A stretch of DNA of 63,338 nucleotides from an uncultured bacterium (GTDB lineage: Bacteria; Bacillota_I; Bacilli_A; RFN20; CAG-826), in contig CASFZJ010000014.1 of the NCBI GenBank assembly GCA_949299165.1, positions 1-63,338 on the forward strand, given 5' to 3'. Under the pieces are notes generated by a model, which saw only the letters and a list, made by a program, of their open reading frames with translations, was not told the origin of the DNA and searched no databases. The position numbers and the translations under genes were made by a program. Shown here piece by piece: positions 48,827 to 59,995 of the stretch (positions within the stretch are counted from its first letter, which is position 1; every line of letters starts with the position of its first letter).

Positions 48827-49867
48827 ATGGAAGACAGTGTTTATGATGTTTCTTTGACGGACGACAAAAACGAAGAAAAGAATCAAAAAAAGAAAATAGA
48901 AGTATCTTATTATCAAGCTCGTTTCACACAAAAATGTGGAGCAATTTTACTTGATTTTGTTCTTTTTGCAATCTTGGCTTTAGCTCTTTTTATTGGCGCA
49001 AAAAGCATTGTTGAAGCAACACCATATTTCCAAGAAATCAATCAAAAATATGACGAGGCAAGATTAAATTCAAAACTTTATGTTTATAGTAAAGACGTTG
49101 AACGAGTAGAAGATGTTGTAACTTATTTAAATAGAATAAAATCTATGTCAACTATCGAAAAAGAAGATTATTTACTTGATTCAATAAACGGATTTTTCTT
49201 ATCTGTACCTAATGAAACTAGTAAACTACAAACTGAATTTGAAGAATACATATTAAATCCTGATTTCTTATATGAAGGCGCTCCATTTTATATTAAAGAT
49301 AATAGTGGAGAAATCATTAAAAACCCTAATTTATCAATTCCATCAAGTGCATATTATGAAAATGTTTTGAGTAAATATTTTGATGAAGTAGCTTTAGCTC
49401 AATTTACAATCCTTACTCCAAATGTTTTAGATTATCAAAGATATCAATCAAATATGCTTTTATTTTTAGAAATTCCGGTTGGAGTTTCGCTTTCTGCTAC
49501 CATAATTTGGTACATTATCCCTGTTTGTTTTTCTAGAGGTAAAAGAACTCTTGGAAGACTTGCATTCCATACCGCACTTATTGGACCTGATAATTATTCA
49601 TTAAAAATTGGAAGATTTACTATTCGTTTCTTAATCTTCTTCTTTGCTGAATTAGTATTAAGTGTATTTACTTTATGCATTCCTTTGATTATTTCTCTTT
49701 CGATGAGTGCTTTCTCAAAGAAAAAACAAAATTTTCATGATTATATGCTAAATATTCGTGAAATCGACACCTATGACTCGAAAATTTTCAAAAACAAATT
49801 CGAAATCATCAAAAATAAGAATGAACGAAAACCAATTGACTTCTCAATGAAGAGAGATTCTTTATAG
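48827..49867 (+). CDS. RDD-family membrane protein (start probably ATG 48827)
   Basis: A.LLD, RTLGR, IRF, Q.FHD motifs. Confidence 0.75.
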   Translation: MEDSVYDVSLTDDKNEEKNQKKKIEVSYYQARFTQKCGAILLDFVLFAILALALFIGAKSIVEATPYFQEINQKYDEARLNSKLYVYSKDVERVEDVVTYLNRIKSMSTIEKEDYLLDSINGFFLSVPNETSKLQTEFEEYILNPDFLYEGAPFYIKDNSGEIIKNPNLSIPSSAYYENVLSKYFDEVALAQFTILTPNVLDYQRYQSNMLLFLEIPVGVSLSATIIWYIIPVCFSRGKRTLGRLAFHTALIGPDNYSLKIGRFTIRFLIFFFAELVLSVFTLCIPLIISLSMSAFSKKKQNFHDYMLNIREIDTYDSKIFKNKFEIIKNKNERKPIDFSMKRDSL

Positions 49868-49982
49868 TTTGATTTCATATTTATACGATAACTATCGTTT
49901 TTATTAAATAAGTGACATTTTTATGAATTAGTTTCTAATTTAAAATTTATGAGTTGTCTTTACATTTTCTTTTTCTTATAAT

Positions 49983-51533
49983 ATGGCTATGAAATTGAGA
50001 AGACTTACAAGTTGTTTTTTAGGTATGTTCTTAGGCTTGACTCTCTGCTCGTTTAGCCCTAATAACATAAACAACGCAGAAAGCGCACTTAATAATAATG
50101 TTTTACGTGCTGAAAATGTAGCAGAAGAAGCAAATGTTGATGAGCAAAAAGGTACTCTTAACGAAGACCTTGAAGTAGACATTAGAAATTATGCTGTAAC
50201 TGATTTAACTGCTTCTTTCCAAGTAGTTATTAGTTTTTCTGATAGTGCAAATTTAAGAAACAATTACGCTGTTGGATATTATGGTGAAGGTGAACAATAT
50301 TTACCTGCTTCTTTGGCTTTTACTGTAAAAGATTCGAACGGAAATCTTGTTCAAAGAAGCGCTCCTATCAATAAAGTTCAAAGCTCAAATGAATTATTTG
50401 ATGGTCTAGGAAGCAATCTTGGTCAAACATCAATTAGTACTTTCTGTGATATTGATCTTGCTTATGGAGAGGAAGTTCTTTATAAGGAAGGCGTCCAACT
50501 ATTAAATGTCTTCTTTTATGATAGAGAAAGCAGAGAAGTTCGCTTAGATCAAAATACATATTGTGATGTAACTTCCGATAGACTTGATGCTGCTGCATAT
50601 GCTCCAAAATACAATGTCGAAGATTTCTTCGAATTAACATATACCGGAAGCGCTAATTATAGTGGTTTCTCATCATTTACATTTAATGTCGATGATCATG
50701 GTGTAGAATTATATCCAACATTTAACACAACAACAGCTAGAGCTGTAAGAAATAATGAATCTGATCTTGAAAGTGGAAAAATGTATATCAAATCTACTTT
50801 AAACTTCAGTGGTACAACAACATTTATCTTGACCTATAGTGATGGTTCAGTTCAAGAAATTCCATCAAGTAATAAAAACCACGAAATTACAAATGGTGGC
50901 CAAGTTGTTTTATTACTAGAAGGTATTGATGCAACAAATGTCGTTAATGTTGAAATTTATGACATTTATTATCAAATGAATCTATTCAATGTCGAGACAA
51001 ATAGTAATGTTTCTAGAACTAGTGCTTCACAACGTTTTGGTAGAATTTATACCCATATGGTTGATTTGAAGGATTCTAATGGAAATGTTGTCGTACAAAA
51101 AGATGCAAGTTTCAATCATACTAATGGCGATTTAATTGTTGGTCTTGTATTTGGGATTTCCTCTATTTTATTCTTTGGAAGCGTAATTCCTGCATATTTC
51201 TACTTAAAACAAAAGAATAGAAACGATGAATTTAAGAGAATGAATACCAAGAGTTACGTAACAACTGCAACCTATGGATATTTATGTATTGAATCTGTTT
51301 TATTACTTATTACCTATATCACTATTAGAGCTACAATTTTAAATAACACACTTACAGTTTATAACCCAACCGACGCATTCATTGTTGTCTTTGGCGTAGC
51401 AAGCATTATTTTAATCGGATACTTTATTAGATATTTTGTTATTATGATTAAAAATAATATCGAAAAGAAGAGAAGAGATAGACTTAACATCAATCAAGAT
51501 GTTATTGATGATGGTACATTAATTATTCGTTAA
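49983..51533 (+). CDS. Uncharacterised exported protein with three C-terminal TM helices
   Basis: Signal peptide, beta-rich ectodomain, 3 hydrophobic segments; first gene of the ABC/nuclease run. Confidence 0.75.
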   Translation: MAMKLRRLTSCFLGMFLGLTLCSFSPNNINNAESALNNNVLRAENVAEEANVDEQKGTLNEDLEVDIRNYAVTDLTASFQVVISFSDSANLRNNYAVGYYGEGEQYLPASLAFTVKDSNGNLVQRSAPINKVQSSNELFDGLGSNLGQTSISTFCDIDLAYGEEVLYKEGVQLLNVFFYDRESREVRLDQNTYCDVTSDRLDAAAYAPKYNVEDFFELTYTGSANYSGFSSFTFNVDDHGVELYPTFNTTTARAVRNNESDLESGKMYIKSTLNFSGTTTFILTYSDGSVQEIPSSNKNHEITNGGQVVLLLEGIDATNVVNVEIYDIYYQMNLFNVETNSNVSRTSASQRFGRIYTHMVDLKDSNGNVVVQKDASFNHTNGDLIVGLVFGISSILFFGSVIPAYFYLKQKNRNDEFKRMNTKSYVTTATYGYLCIESVLLLITYITIRATILNNTLTVYNPTDAFIVVFGVASIILIGYFIRYFVIMIKNNIEKKRRDRLNINQDVIDDGTLIIR

Positions 51534-51547
51534 GTAAGGAGAAATAT

Positions 51548-53449
51548 ATGGATATCAAATTAAAAGGTTTAACAAAAGTCTTCCCAGGAAATCCAAAAAA
51601 GCACATTAAAGATACTGTTGCTGTTGATGATTTTGATTTAGTAGTCCCTGATGGAAAACTAGTTGGTTTACTTGGCCCATCTGGTTGTGGTAAATCAACA
51701 ACTCTTTACATGATTTCTGGTCTTCAAACACCAACTTCAGGTGAAGTTTGGTTTGGTGAAGAAGAAGTTACAAACCTTTCTCCTGAAAAAAGAGGTATTG
51801 GTTTAGTTTTCCAAAACTATGCTCTTTATCCTCACATGACGATTTATAAAAACGTCGAATTCCCATTACTTAATTTAAGAGTCGAAGTACCTTTAGTTAC
51901 TTTCTTCAATTATCACATTACATATACTTATGAAATGAAAGAAGATGATCATTTAGAAGGTATCATCCGTTCAATTAAAACTTTAGTTGGTAAAATTGGT
52001 ATTTCCAAAAAAGGTTTTAAAGTTACATCTTCATTAAATGGTAAATCTCTTAAACTTGAAATCGATTTATTAAATACAAACTCTAAGAATAAAGATGTTT
52101 TCTTAGATAATTTCCCAAGAATTATTGAACCATTAACAACAGATGTACTTGAAGCACAATCTTCAGATGCTTATTTTGATTCCAAAATGAGATATACATA
52201 TTATCTTGATAAGGCGCATAAAATTGTTAATGGACAATTTGTTTTTGAACTTAATGTTGAAAAAGATAAGAGCGCAATTTTAATTGCCGATATTTTAGAT
52301 TTCATTAGAGGACATGGATTTAAAATCACATATTCTCCATCTTATGAAAATAAAGGAAAAACAATTTTACTTGTTTCTTTAAATCATCACTCAGAAGAAA
52401 GTGCAGAACAAGTTTTAAAAGAAACCTGTGAAAAATTCAATTGTACTGGCTCAATTCGTATTGACAATGTCGATACAAAAGATATCAGAAAACAACTTTA
52501 TGTCGCTTTAAAGAAATATTTTGCTCACATTAAAGAATTAGCTGCTTACGATGATAAAGGTGACACTCAAATTTATTTCATAATTAAGAAATTAAAAGAA
52601 GAAGAAATTGAAGAAGTTAAAGAAATCATGCACAAAACATTTGACATCAAAAAGGAAGACGTCAAAACAAGTGTTGCATTATCTTATAGAAAACTTACAG
52701 CTAACGAAAGAAAAGATATCGTTTACGATACAGCAAAACTCGTTCAAATCGAAGAATATCTCGAAAGAAAACCTGCTCAACTTTCTGGTGGTCAACAACA
52801 ACGTGTCGCTATTGCTAGAGCCTTAGTTAAAAAACCAAAAGTCTTATTACTCGATGAACCTTTATCTAACTTAGATGCACGTTTAAGACTTCAAACCAGA
52901 GAAGAAATTCGTCGTATTCAACAAAATACAGGAATTACTACAGTTTTCGTCACTCACGACCAAGAAGAAGCAATGTCAATTTCTGATCAAATCGTCGTTA
53001 TGAAAAACGGAGTCAAGCAACAAGTTGATACTCCACAAAACGTTTTCAACAATCCAAAGAATTTATTCGTTGCTCAATTCTTAGGCAATCCACCAATCAA
53101 CGTTTTTAAAGGCACAATCAAAAACAAAGGTGTCTATATTGGTGAAGATTTAATTTATGAAACAACAAGTGATGTAGCTGATCAAGAAGTCTTCGTTGCA
53201 ATTAGACCAGAAGGATTTGCTGTCACAAACGAAAAAACAAAAGTTTTAAACGCTGAAGCTGAAATGATTCAAGTTTTAGGAAGAGATATTTCCGTCATTG
53301 CTAAAAATAAAAATTGTTTAACTCCAACATTTAAAGTTATCATTCAACAAACTGATGACAAGTTAGTTGGCGCAATTAAACTCAAAGTTTTAGCAAACAA
53401 ACTCTTTGTATTTGATTCACAAACTCAAGAAAGAATTTATCTTGATTAA
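51548..53449 (+). CDS. CUT1 (MalK/UgpC-like) ABC ATPase with ~270-aa insertion
   Basis: GPSGCGKST, VFQNYALYPHM, LSGGQQQRVA, LDEPLSNLD, VTHDQEEA. Confidence 0.92.
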   Translation: MDIKLKGLTKVFPGNPKKHIKDTVAVDDFDLVVPDGKLVGLLGPSGCGKSTTLYMISGLQTPTSGEVWFGEEEVTNLSPEKRGIGLVFQNYALYPHMTIYKNVEFPLLNLRVEVPLVTFFNYHITYTYEMKEDDHLEGIIRSIKTLVGKIGISKKGFKVTSSLNGKSLKLEIDLLNTNSKNKDVFLDNFPRIIEPLTTDVLEAQSSDAYFDSKMRYTYYLDKAHKIVNGQFVFELNVEKDKSAILIADILDFIRGHGFKITYSPSYENKGKTILLVSLNHHSEESAEQVLKETCEKFNCTGSIRIDNVDTKDIRKQLYVALKKYFAHIKELAAYDDKGDTQIYFIIKKLKEEEIEEVKEIMHKTFDIKKEDVKTSVALSYRKLTANERKDIVYDTAKLVQIEEYLERKPAQLSGGQQQRVAIARALVKKPKVLLLDEPLSNLDARLRLQTREEIRRIQQNTGITTVFVTHDQEEAMSISDQIVVMKNGVKQQVDTPQNVFNNPKNLFVAQFLGNPPINVFKGTIKNKGVYIGEDLIYETTSDVADQEVFVAIRPEGFAVTNEKTKVLNAEAEMIQVLGRDISVIAKNKNCLTPTFKVIIQQTDDKLVGAIKLKVLANKLFVFDSQTQERIYLD

Positions 53450-53464
53450 TTTGTAGGTTAATTT

Positions 53465-54535
53465 ATGGAAAACCAAAATATCGTAAGAAGTGAAGATAAA
53501 ACATTAAATATGAATCAAGTATTTGACGGAAGAAAAGATTCATATGTTTCTCAATACGATGAGAAGAAGGATGTCATCGTTCACTTTGTTTCTAGAAAAA
53601 AATTAAAAGAAAAATTCAAGGTTGGCGGAGTTTTAGATAACGAACAATCTAATAACTGGAAAGCTTGGCTTTATCTTGCTCCAGTTTTAATCCTCATGGC
53701 AATCTTCTTAATTTATCCTCTTATTAACACAATTGTTATCTCGTTTATGAGTAATTACAATTATGTTACTGGAGATTTTGATGGCTTTACTTTTGATAAC
53801 TTTGGCGCCATTTTAGGCTTAAGTGATATCAATGGTTTTAGGGATAATCGTCTTATTGATTATGGTTTTGCAAACACCTTTATCTTAACGTTTGTAACCG
53901 TTCCTTTATCGTTGATTATTGCCTTACTTATCGCAGTTTTACTTAACTCGATTAAGTGGTTCCAAAAAGTTTATCAAATCGTATTCTTCTTACCTTATGT
54001 CACAAATACCATCGCTATTGGTATGGTTTTTAGTGTTCTTTTTGACCGACAAGGTATTATAAACTTCATATTTGGAAGTGATATTACCTGGATTTATGGT
54101 GCAGATCGTTGGACAGCTATGGTTCCTCTTTGTATCTACATCATTTGGTCATCTTTACCATTTAAAATTTTAATTCTTCTAAGTGGTCTTCAAGGAATTG
54201 ATAAACAATATTATCAAGCTGCTAAGATTGACTCTACTCCAAAATGGAGAGTCTTATTAAGAATTACAGTTCCAGCTTTATCACCTCAAATTCTCTATTT
54301 AATGGTCACCTCATTTATTGGAGCATTTAAGGAATATAGCTCAATTGTTGCTTTATTTAATGGTCCAGGCACATCAACTGGAAGCTACAATATGTATACT
54401 ATCGTTTACTATATTTACGATAACTTAAATACAAATACTAGCTTTGCTGCCGCAGCTGCCGTTATCTTATTCATAATTATTCTCATCTTTACCTTCTTAC
54501 AACTCTGGGTTTCTAAGAAGAGAGTTTACTATTAA
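53465..54535 (+). CDS. CUT1 ABC permease (MalF/UgpA-like)
   Basis: GLQGID..YYQAAKID EAA-like loop, 6 TM. Confidence 0.9.
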   Translation: MENQNIVRSEDKTLNMNQVFDGRKDSYVSQYDEKKDVIVHFVSRKKLKEKFKVGGVLDNEQSNNWKAWLYLAPVLILMAIFLIYPLINTIVISFMSNYNYVTGDFDGFTFDNFGAILGLSDINGFRDNRLIDYGFANTFILTFVTVPLSLIIALLIAVLLNSIKWFQKVYQIVFFLPYVTNTIAIGMVFSVLFDRQGIINFIFGSDITWIYGADRWTAMVPLCIYIIWSSLPFKILILLSGLQGIDKQYYQAAKIDSTPKWRVLLRITVPALSPQILYLMVTSFIGAFKEYSSIVALFNGPGTSTGSYNMYTIVYYIYDNLNTNTSFAAAAAVILFIIILIFTFLQLWVSKKRVYY

Positions 54536-54548
54536 GGAGGAAATTAAT

Positions 54549-55529
54549 ATGACAAGTAGTGCAAAAATGAAAGAATATATTAATTTCTACGATGACAAAG
54601 ATTTAGATGTTGATGTCTCAATCGTTATCAAAGAAGGTAATAGAAGTGCAGATTCAATCAGAAAGAGAGAGAAGGTTTCTCGTATATTTATTACAATTAT
54701 CCTTTATATTGTTGTAACTTTCCTCGCTTTACTTATGGTCTTCCCATTTTATTGGATGATCATTACCTCTCTTAAAAACAACACTGAAATTATCAGTGCT
54801 AATCAAACATTTTTCCCAACCATAGTCATGTGGACGAACTATGTTTATGTTTTTAACCATTTCCATTTTGTAACTTATATGGTTAATACAATCGTAGTTG
54901 CTGTCTTCTCAACACTTGGTACATTAATTACAACTATCTTTGGTGCATTCGCCTTTGCAAGATTAAACTTCAAAGGGAGAGATGCTTTATTTATGGTTTT
55001 CTTAATGACAATGATGATTCCTGGCGAAATGATGGTTATTTCAAATTACATCACAGTAGCTGCATTTGGTTGGATTGGTGAAAATGCTAATTTAATGGAT
55101 GCATATCTATCAATGATTGTTCCTTTCTGGGTTAGTGTCTTCTACATTTACTTGCTTAGACAAAACTTTAAGCAAATTCCTAATGAACTATATTTAGCTG
55201 CCAAGGTCGATGGTAAGAGCGATTGGTCATTCTTATGGAAGGTCATGGTTCCTCTTGCAGCCCCAACGCTAATCTCTATAACTATTTTGAAATTTATGGG
55301 TACTTGGAACTCATATGTTTGGCCAAATCTTGTCGCCAACAAAGATGAATTCCGTCTCATCTCAAACGGTTTAAGAGGAAGTAGTTTCGTTGATCCTGAC
55401 TCAGGTAGAGTTGAATATGGTTACCAAACAGCTGCAACTGTCCTTGTTACAGTTCCTCTCTTCTTACTATTTGTCTTCTTTAGAAAGTACATTATGAGAG
55501 GCGTTGGACGTGCAGGTATTAAAGGTTAG
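54549..55529 (+). CDS. CUT1 ABC permease (MalG/UgpE-like)
   Basis: FPFYWM..TSLK, IP.EL..AA.VDG, WNSY.WP. Confidence 0.9.
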   Translation: MTSSAKMKEYINFYDDKDLDVDVSIVIKEGNRSADSIRKREKVSRIFITIILYIVVTFLALLMVFPFYWMIITSLKNNTEIISANQTFFPTIVMWTNYVYVFNHFHFVTYMVNTIVVAVFSTLGTLITTIFGAFAFARLNFKGRDALFMVFLMTMMIPGEMMVISNYITVAAFGWIGENANLMDAYLSMIVPFWVSVFYIYLLRQNFKQIPNELYLAAKVDGKSDWSFLWKVMVPLAAPTLISITILKFMGTWNSYVWPNLVANKDEFRLISNGLRGSSFVDPDSGRVEYGYQTAATVLVTVPLFLLFVFFRKYIMRGVGRAGIKG

Positions 55530-55550
55530 AATGGAGGTCTTAGTATTAAG

Positions 55551-57026
55551 ATGAAAAAAAGATTTTTAGCAATTGCATTATTAGCTCTTTGCGGAACCGT
55601 GTTAAGTGCGTGTGGAGGAAATGAAGATAACCCAAATACTCCACCTCAAACTACACCAGAAGGTGGATTTATTGATACACCTACAACAATCTATTTATGG
55701 ACAACAGCAGGCACAGATAGCCAAAACGTTTTAAATAGATGGGTCGAAGAATTTAAAGAAGTTGAACCAAAAGTCACTGTTGTTAACGTTAAACAAAGTG
55801 CAAGTTATGACGAACTTGAAAATTTGATTCGTACTGGTTTTACTGGAAACAACTACCCTGATATTGCTTATGCTTATCCAGATAACGTTGCTAACTATAT
55901 TGATTTTGGTAAAGCTGTAAAACTTGATTCATATATCGATAATCCAACTTATGGATGGACAGCAGAAGAAAAAGCTGACTTTATTCCTGCATATTTACAA
56001 GAAGGTCAACAATATACTGTTGAAGGAACATGGTCTTTACCATTCTCTAAATCAACTGAAGCTATGTTCTATAACGAAGATGTTCTCATTGGCTTAGATT
56101 TAAGTAAAATTGACGCAACAATCAATAATGGTGATCCACTCAATGCTCAATATTTAAACAATTTGACTTGGGAAGAATTATTTGGAAAATTAGCTCCAGC
56201 AATTCTTAAATATGATGCTGAAGTTAGAAACATCATCGAACCATGTGATGACACTAAAACTAGAGTTTTAGGTTATGATAGTGATGATAACTTATTTATT
56301 ACTTTAGCAAGACAATATGGTTTACCATATACTAGTGTTGAAAACGGTAAAGGTTCAATTGATTTTAACACACCTGAGATGAAAGAATTATTAAAGGATT
56401 TTAATGGTTATTATCAAGCTGGATATTTCACAACAAAAGGCGCTAATGAAGGCAACTATGTTAATGAATTATTCACAAAGAACCAATTATTATTCTCAAT
56501 CGGTTCAACAGGTGGTACAACATATCAATTTAGCGATGACAACCCAATGAATATTGGTGTTGCTAGAATTCCACAACATCAAGGTGGAACAGCTTCAACA
56601 ATTATGCAAGGCCCATCAATGGTTATCTTAGACCATAACGATGAAAACAGAAGACTTGCTTCTTGGTTATTCTATAAATATATGACAGAAGCAGAAAATA
56701 CTCTTGAATGGGGTACTTCATCAACTGGATATTTCCCAATCAGACAAAGCAATTTAACTGATCCAGAATATCTTGAATTATCTGATGTCGAATCAAAGCA
56801 AGACCAATCAATTGATAGATTACTAGCTAGTGTCAATAATTACTTCCCAACAATGGATGATACATTATTCACAAGTCCAGCTTTCAAAGGTTCTTCACAA
56901 GCTAGAACAGCTGTTGGTGGCGCTTTCACACAAGCATTATTAGCAACAGGTGATGAAGCTGCTATTGATAAAGCTATTACTGATGCTTTAAATGCTGCTG
57001 AATCTACAGCTAACTTAGCTCTTTAA
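55551..57026 (+). CDS. Extracellular solute-binding lipoprotein 1
   Basis: Lipobox LSA-C, PDIAYAYPD, LPFSKSTE, IGSTGG. Confidence 0.88.
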   Translation: MKKRFLAIALLALCGTVLSACGGNEDNPNTPPQTTPEGGFIDTPTTIYLWTTAGTDSQNVLNRWVEEFKEVEPKVTVVNVKQSASYDELENLIRTGFTGNNYPDIAYAYPDNVANYIDFGKAVKLDSYIDNPTYGWTAEEKADFIPAYLQEGQQYTVEGTWSLPFSKSTEAMFYNEDVLIGLDLSKIDATINNGDPLNAQYLNNLTWEELFGKLAPAILKYDAEVRNIIEPCDDTKTRVLGYDSDDNLFITLARQYGLPYTSVENGKGSIDFNTPEMKELLKDFNGYYQAGYFTTKGANEGNYVNELFTKNQLLFSIGSTGGTTYQFSDDNPMNIGVARIPQHQGGTASTIMQGPSMVILDHNDENRRLASWLFYKYMTEAENTLEWGTSSTGYFPIRQSNLTDPEYLELSDVESKQDQSIDRLLASVNNYFPTMDDTLFTSPAFKGSSQARTAVGGAFTQALLATGDEAAIDKAITDALNAAESTANLAL

Positions 57027-57092
57027 TAGAACAAATTTAAAAATTTATTTTAAAAATTTAATTTAGCAGAAAAACGAAAAGGAGACGTACTT

Positions 57093-58532
57093 ATGAAACA
57101 TTCTAGAATTACAAAATTATTTGGAGGTATTTTATTGTCCGCCTCCTTTTTGGTGACTGCTTGTGGTGGTGGCGGTGAAAACGCCGATCCTAACAAAATT
57201 GTTTTTTGGCACACATTTGGACAAGATATTGCTAATACTGTCCAAAATAAAATCGATGAATTTGAAGAAATGTATGAAGAAGCAAACAACGTAGATATTC
57301 AAATTGATTTTGAATACCGTGGTGGATATGATGAAATGCTTGATGCAGTTTCAAAAGGTTTTGGCGTTGGAAATACGCCAACAATAGCTGTTGCTTATCC
57401 AGATCACGTTGCTGATTATCTTTCTTTAGAAACAAATTCATCAAAATGGGTCTACGATCTTGAACCTTTCTTCAACGATCCAGAGATTGGTTTTGATAAA
57501 CAAGAAGAATATAACCCTTCTTTAAAAGGGACAGAAGATTTTGTACCTTCCTTTTTAGATGAGGGTCAACACTACGTTAAAGAAGGAACTTATTCTTTGC
57601 CTTTAATGAAATCTAGTGAAGTTTTACTTTATAACTCTGAAATATTAACACTCGTTTTAAGAGATTATCTTAAAGGTGAAATCGTAAATGTTGACGAATA
57701 CATGAACTCAATTTCTTGGGATGAATTCATGGACTTATTAAGATTTACCAATGAAAATTTAGAAAAATATGGTAATGGTTTGATTACACCAATGGTTTAC
57801 GATAGTGATGCAAACTTATTTATCGGACAATCTTTCCAAAGAGATATTCCTTATGTTTCAATGGAAAATGGTGTTGGTAGTATTGATTTTAATAATCCAG
57901 AAGCAAAAGCGATGGTTCAAGAACTTAAAGCTTGTTATGATGAAGGATTATTCTTAACAAAAGGTACAAACGACAATGAATATGGTAGTAATACTTTCAC
58001 AAATATGGAATGTATTTTTACTGTCGGTTCAACAGGTGGCGCAGGCTATAACGATCCAGGTGCGGCTGGATTTGAGGTCGGAATTGCTAAAGTTCCTAGC
58101 GCTTCAAAAGATGAAGCACATACAAAATATGTTTCTCAAGGCGTTACATTAACAATGTTACGCAATAACTCTTTAAGTGTAGAAGTAAATGATGCCCGTG
58201 CTCGTATTGCTTGGCAACTCATGAAATATTTAACTAGTGAAGAAGTCAATATTGATATTTGTATGTCTTCTAATGGCTATGCTCCAGTTAGAGAATCTTG
58301 TTATACAAACGAAGTTTATGCAAGTTATTTAGAAGAAAGTGATTTTATGCCTCGCTGTGCAAAAGTTGTTGCTGAAGAAATTAATGGTAATTACTTTAAC
58401 TATCCAGTTTTTAAAGGCACAGCTGCAGCACGTGATCAAGTAGGTGGCATTATCACTCAAGTTTTCCTTGGTGAAAAAGATATTGATAAAGCTTTTGCTG
58501 ACGCAGAAGAACAAACCAATATTATGATGTAG
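57093..58532 (+). CDS. Extracellular solute-binding lipoprotein 2 (paralog of 55551)
   Basis: Lipobox VTA-C, IAVAYPD, LPLMKSSE, VGSTGG. Confidence 0.88.
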   Translation: MKHSRITKLFGGILLSASFLVTACGGGGENADPNKIVFWHTFGQDIANTVQNKIDEFEEMYEEANNVDIQIDFEYRGGYDEMLDAVSKGFGVGNTPTIAVAYPDHVADYLSLETNSSKWVYDLEPFFNDPEIGFDKQEEYNPSLKGTEDFVPSFLDEGQHYVKEGTYSLPLMKSSEVLLYNSEILTLVLRDYLKGEIVNVDEYMNSISWDEFMDLLRFTNENLEKYGNGLITPMVYDSDANLFIGQSFQRDIPYVSMENGVGSIDFNNPEAKAMVQELKACYDEGLFLTKGTNDNEYGSNTFTNMECIFTVGSTGGAGYNDPGAAGFEVGIAKVPSASKDEAHTKYVSQGVTLTMLRNNSLSVEVNDARARIAWQLMKYLTSEEVNIDICMSSNGYAPVRESCYTNEVYASYLEESDFMPRCAKVVAEEINGNYFNYPVFKGTAAARDQVGGIITQVFLGEKDIDKAFADAEEQTNIMM

Positions 58533-58540
58533 GTGATTTT

Positions 58541-59983
58541 ATGAATAGAACAACTAAATTAAAATATGTTTTCTCTAATCTATTTATTGTAAGTTTTGCT
58601 TTAATTGGTGTAACCGCTTGTGGGGGCGAAACTGATGATCCTAGTAATACTAACTTTATAGATTATGCTAAAGATGGCGATGTAAAGTTAACTTTAGAAT
58701 ATGAAGGTCACGATTTCTTTACTGATGGAATTGGTGAAGTTGATCTTTGGACTGCAATTGATGGAGATACAGCACATTTTAAACCTGTTGGTGATTCAAA
58801 TGGCGATCTTTTAAAAGCTAGGTTTTATGGAATCGATACTCCTGAATCGACTGGAAAAGTTCAAGAATATGGAAAAGCTGCATCAAATTTCACTAAAGAA
58901 AAATTAAAAAATGCTGATGAACACGGCACAATTGTTGTTTCTTCACCATTTTTTGAATATCGCGCACCTGAAACTGATTCAACTGGAGGAAGATATCTCT
59001 CAGTTATTTGGATTAATGAAGAAAAAGAACATGCTCCAATTGAAGAACTTCAATGTTTAAATTTAATGATTGTTCAAGAAGGTTATTCTTGGGTTAAAAA
59101 TTTAGCTGAAGTCCCTGAATACGTTGAAACATTTACTGCAGCCGAAGAACAAGCAAGAGATTTAAAACTTAATTTGTTCTCAGGCGAACCTGATCCACTA
59201 TTTAACTATGGTGATTATGTTGATGTTTCATTATTAGAACTTAAAAATGCTGTTGTCGAATCGCTTAAAGATCCTAACTATGAAAATCCATATAATGGCG
59301 CCAACGTCAGAATTCAGGGTACAGTTGCAGGTTACGTTAATGGCATTTTGTACTTGCAAGGTTATTTTGATGAAGAAACTGGTAGTATAAATCCAAATGG
59401 AGAATATGCAGGTATTAACATATACACTGGTGAGAGCAGTGCTCCAACTCGTTTTACTACTCAAAATACATATATTCAACTTTGTGGAGTTGCTGAAGAT
59501 AGCGAAAACTTTGGTTTCCAAGTAACTGGCGTTTATTCTATGCCACGCATTGAATCATCAAAAGTTAACGAAAACGATGGGAAAGTTATCTATAAACCAA
59601 ACGAAATTGATGACTCATTAAAAATTCATGAATTTACTTATTCACCAACCGAATTAAAAGATGAACAATTTGAATGTTTATTCTCACCTGTTACATTAAC
59701 CGAAGAAGTTGTAGTTACTGGTGGATATAATGGCGATGATTCAATTACTCTTTATATTGAAGACAAGAATGGAAATTCACTTGATTACAATGTTTACGTT
59801 CCTTTTGTTTATCGACCAGATAAAAATGATCCAACTCTTTCATATAGAAGTTATGAAGATTTTGTTGGAAAATCTTTTAAAGTCAATGGAGCGATTTATA
59901 ATTTCCATAAAGCAAGAAGTGGAAATATTTCTTATCAATTAATTCCAACAGAAAGTTCTTCATTTGCGCTTGTTAGTGAATAA
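58541..59983 (+). CDS. Thermonuclease (SNase-family) lipoprotein with C-terminal OB-fold-like region
   Basis: Lipobox VTA-C, IDGDT, RFYGIDTPE, GRYL, NL..VQEG, AE.QAR. Confidence 0.88.
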   Translation: MNRTTKLKYVFSNLFIVSFALIGVTACGGETDDPSNTNFIDYAKDGDVKLTLEYEGHDFFTDGIGEVDLWTAIDGDTAHFKPVGDSNGDLLKARFYGIDTPESTGKVQEYGKAASNFTKEKLKNADEHGTIVVSSPFFEYRAPETDSTGGRYLSVIWINEEKEHAPIEELQCLNLMIVQEGYSWVKNLAEVPEYVETFTAAEEQARDLKLNLFSGEPDPLFNYGDYVDVSLLELKNAVVESLKDPNYENPYNGANVRIQGTVAGYVNGILYLQGYFDEETGSINPNGEYAGINIYTGESSAPTRFTTQNTYIQLCGVAEDSENFGFQVTGVYSMPRIESSKVNENDGKVIYKPNEIDDSLKIHEFTYSPTELKDEQFECLFSPVTLTEEVVVTGGYNGDDSITLYIEDKNGNSLDYNVYVPFVYRPDKNDPTLSYRSYEDFVGKSFKVNGAIYNFHKARSGNISYQLIPTESSSFALVSE

Positions 59984-59995
59984 AGGAGGTAAAGA

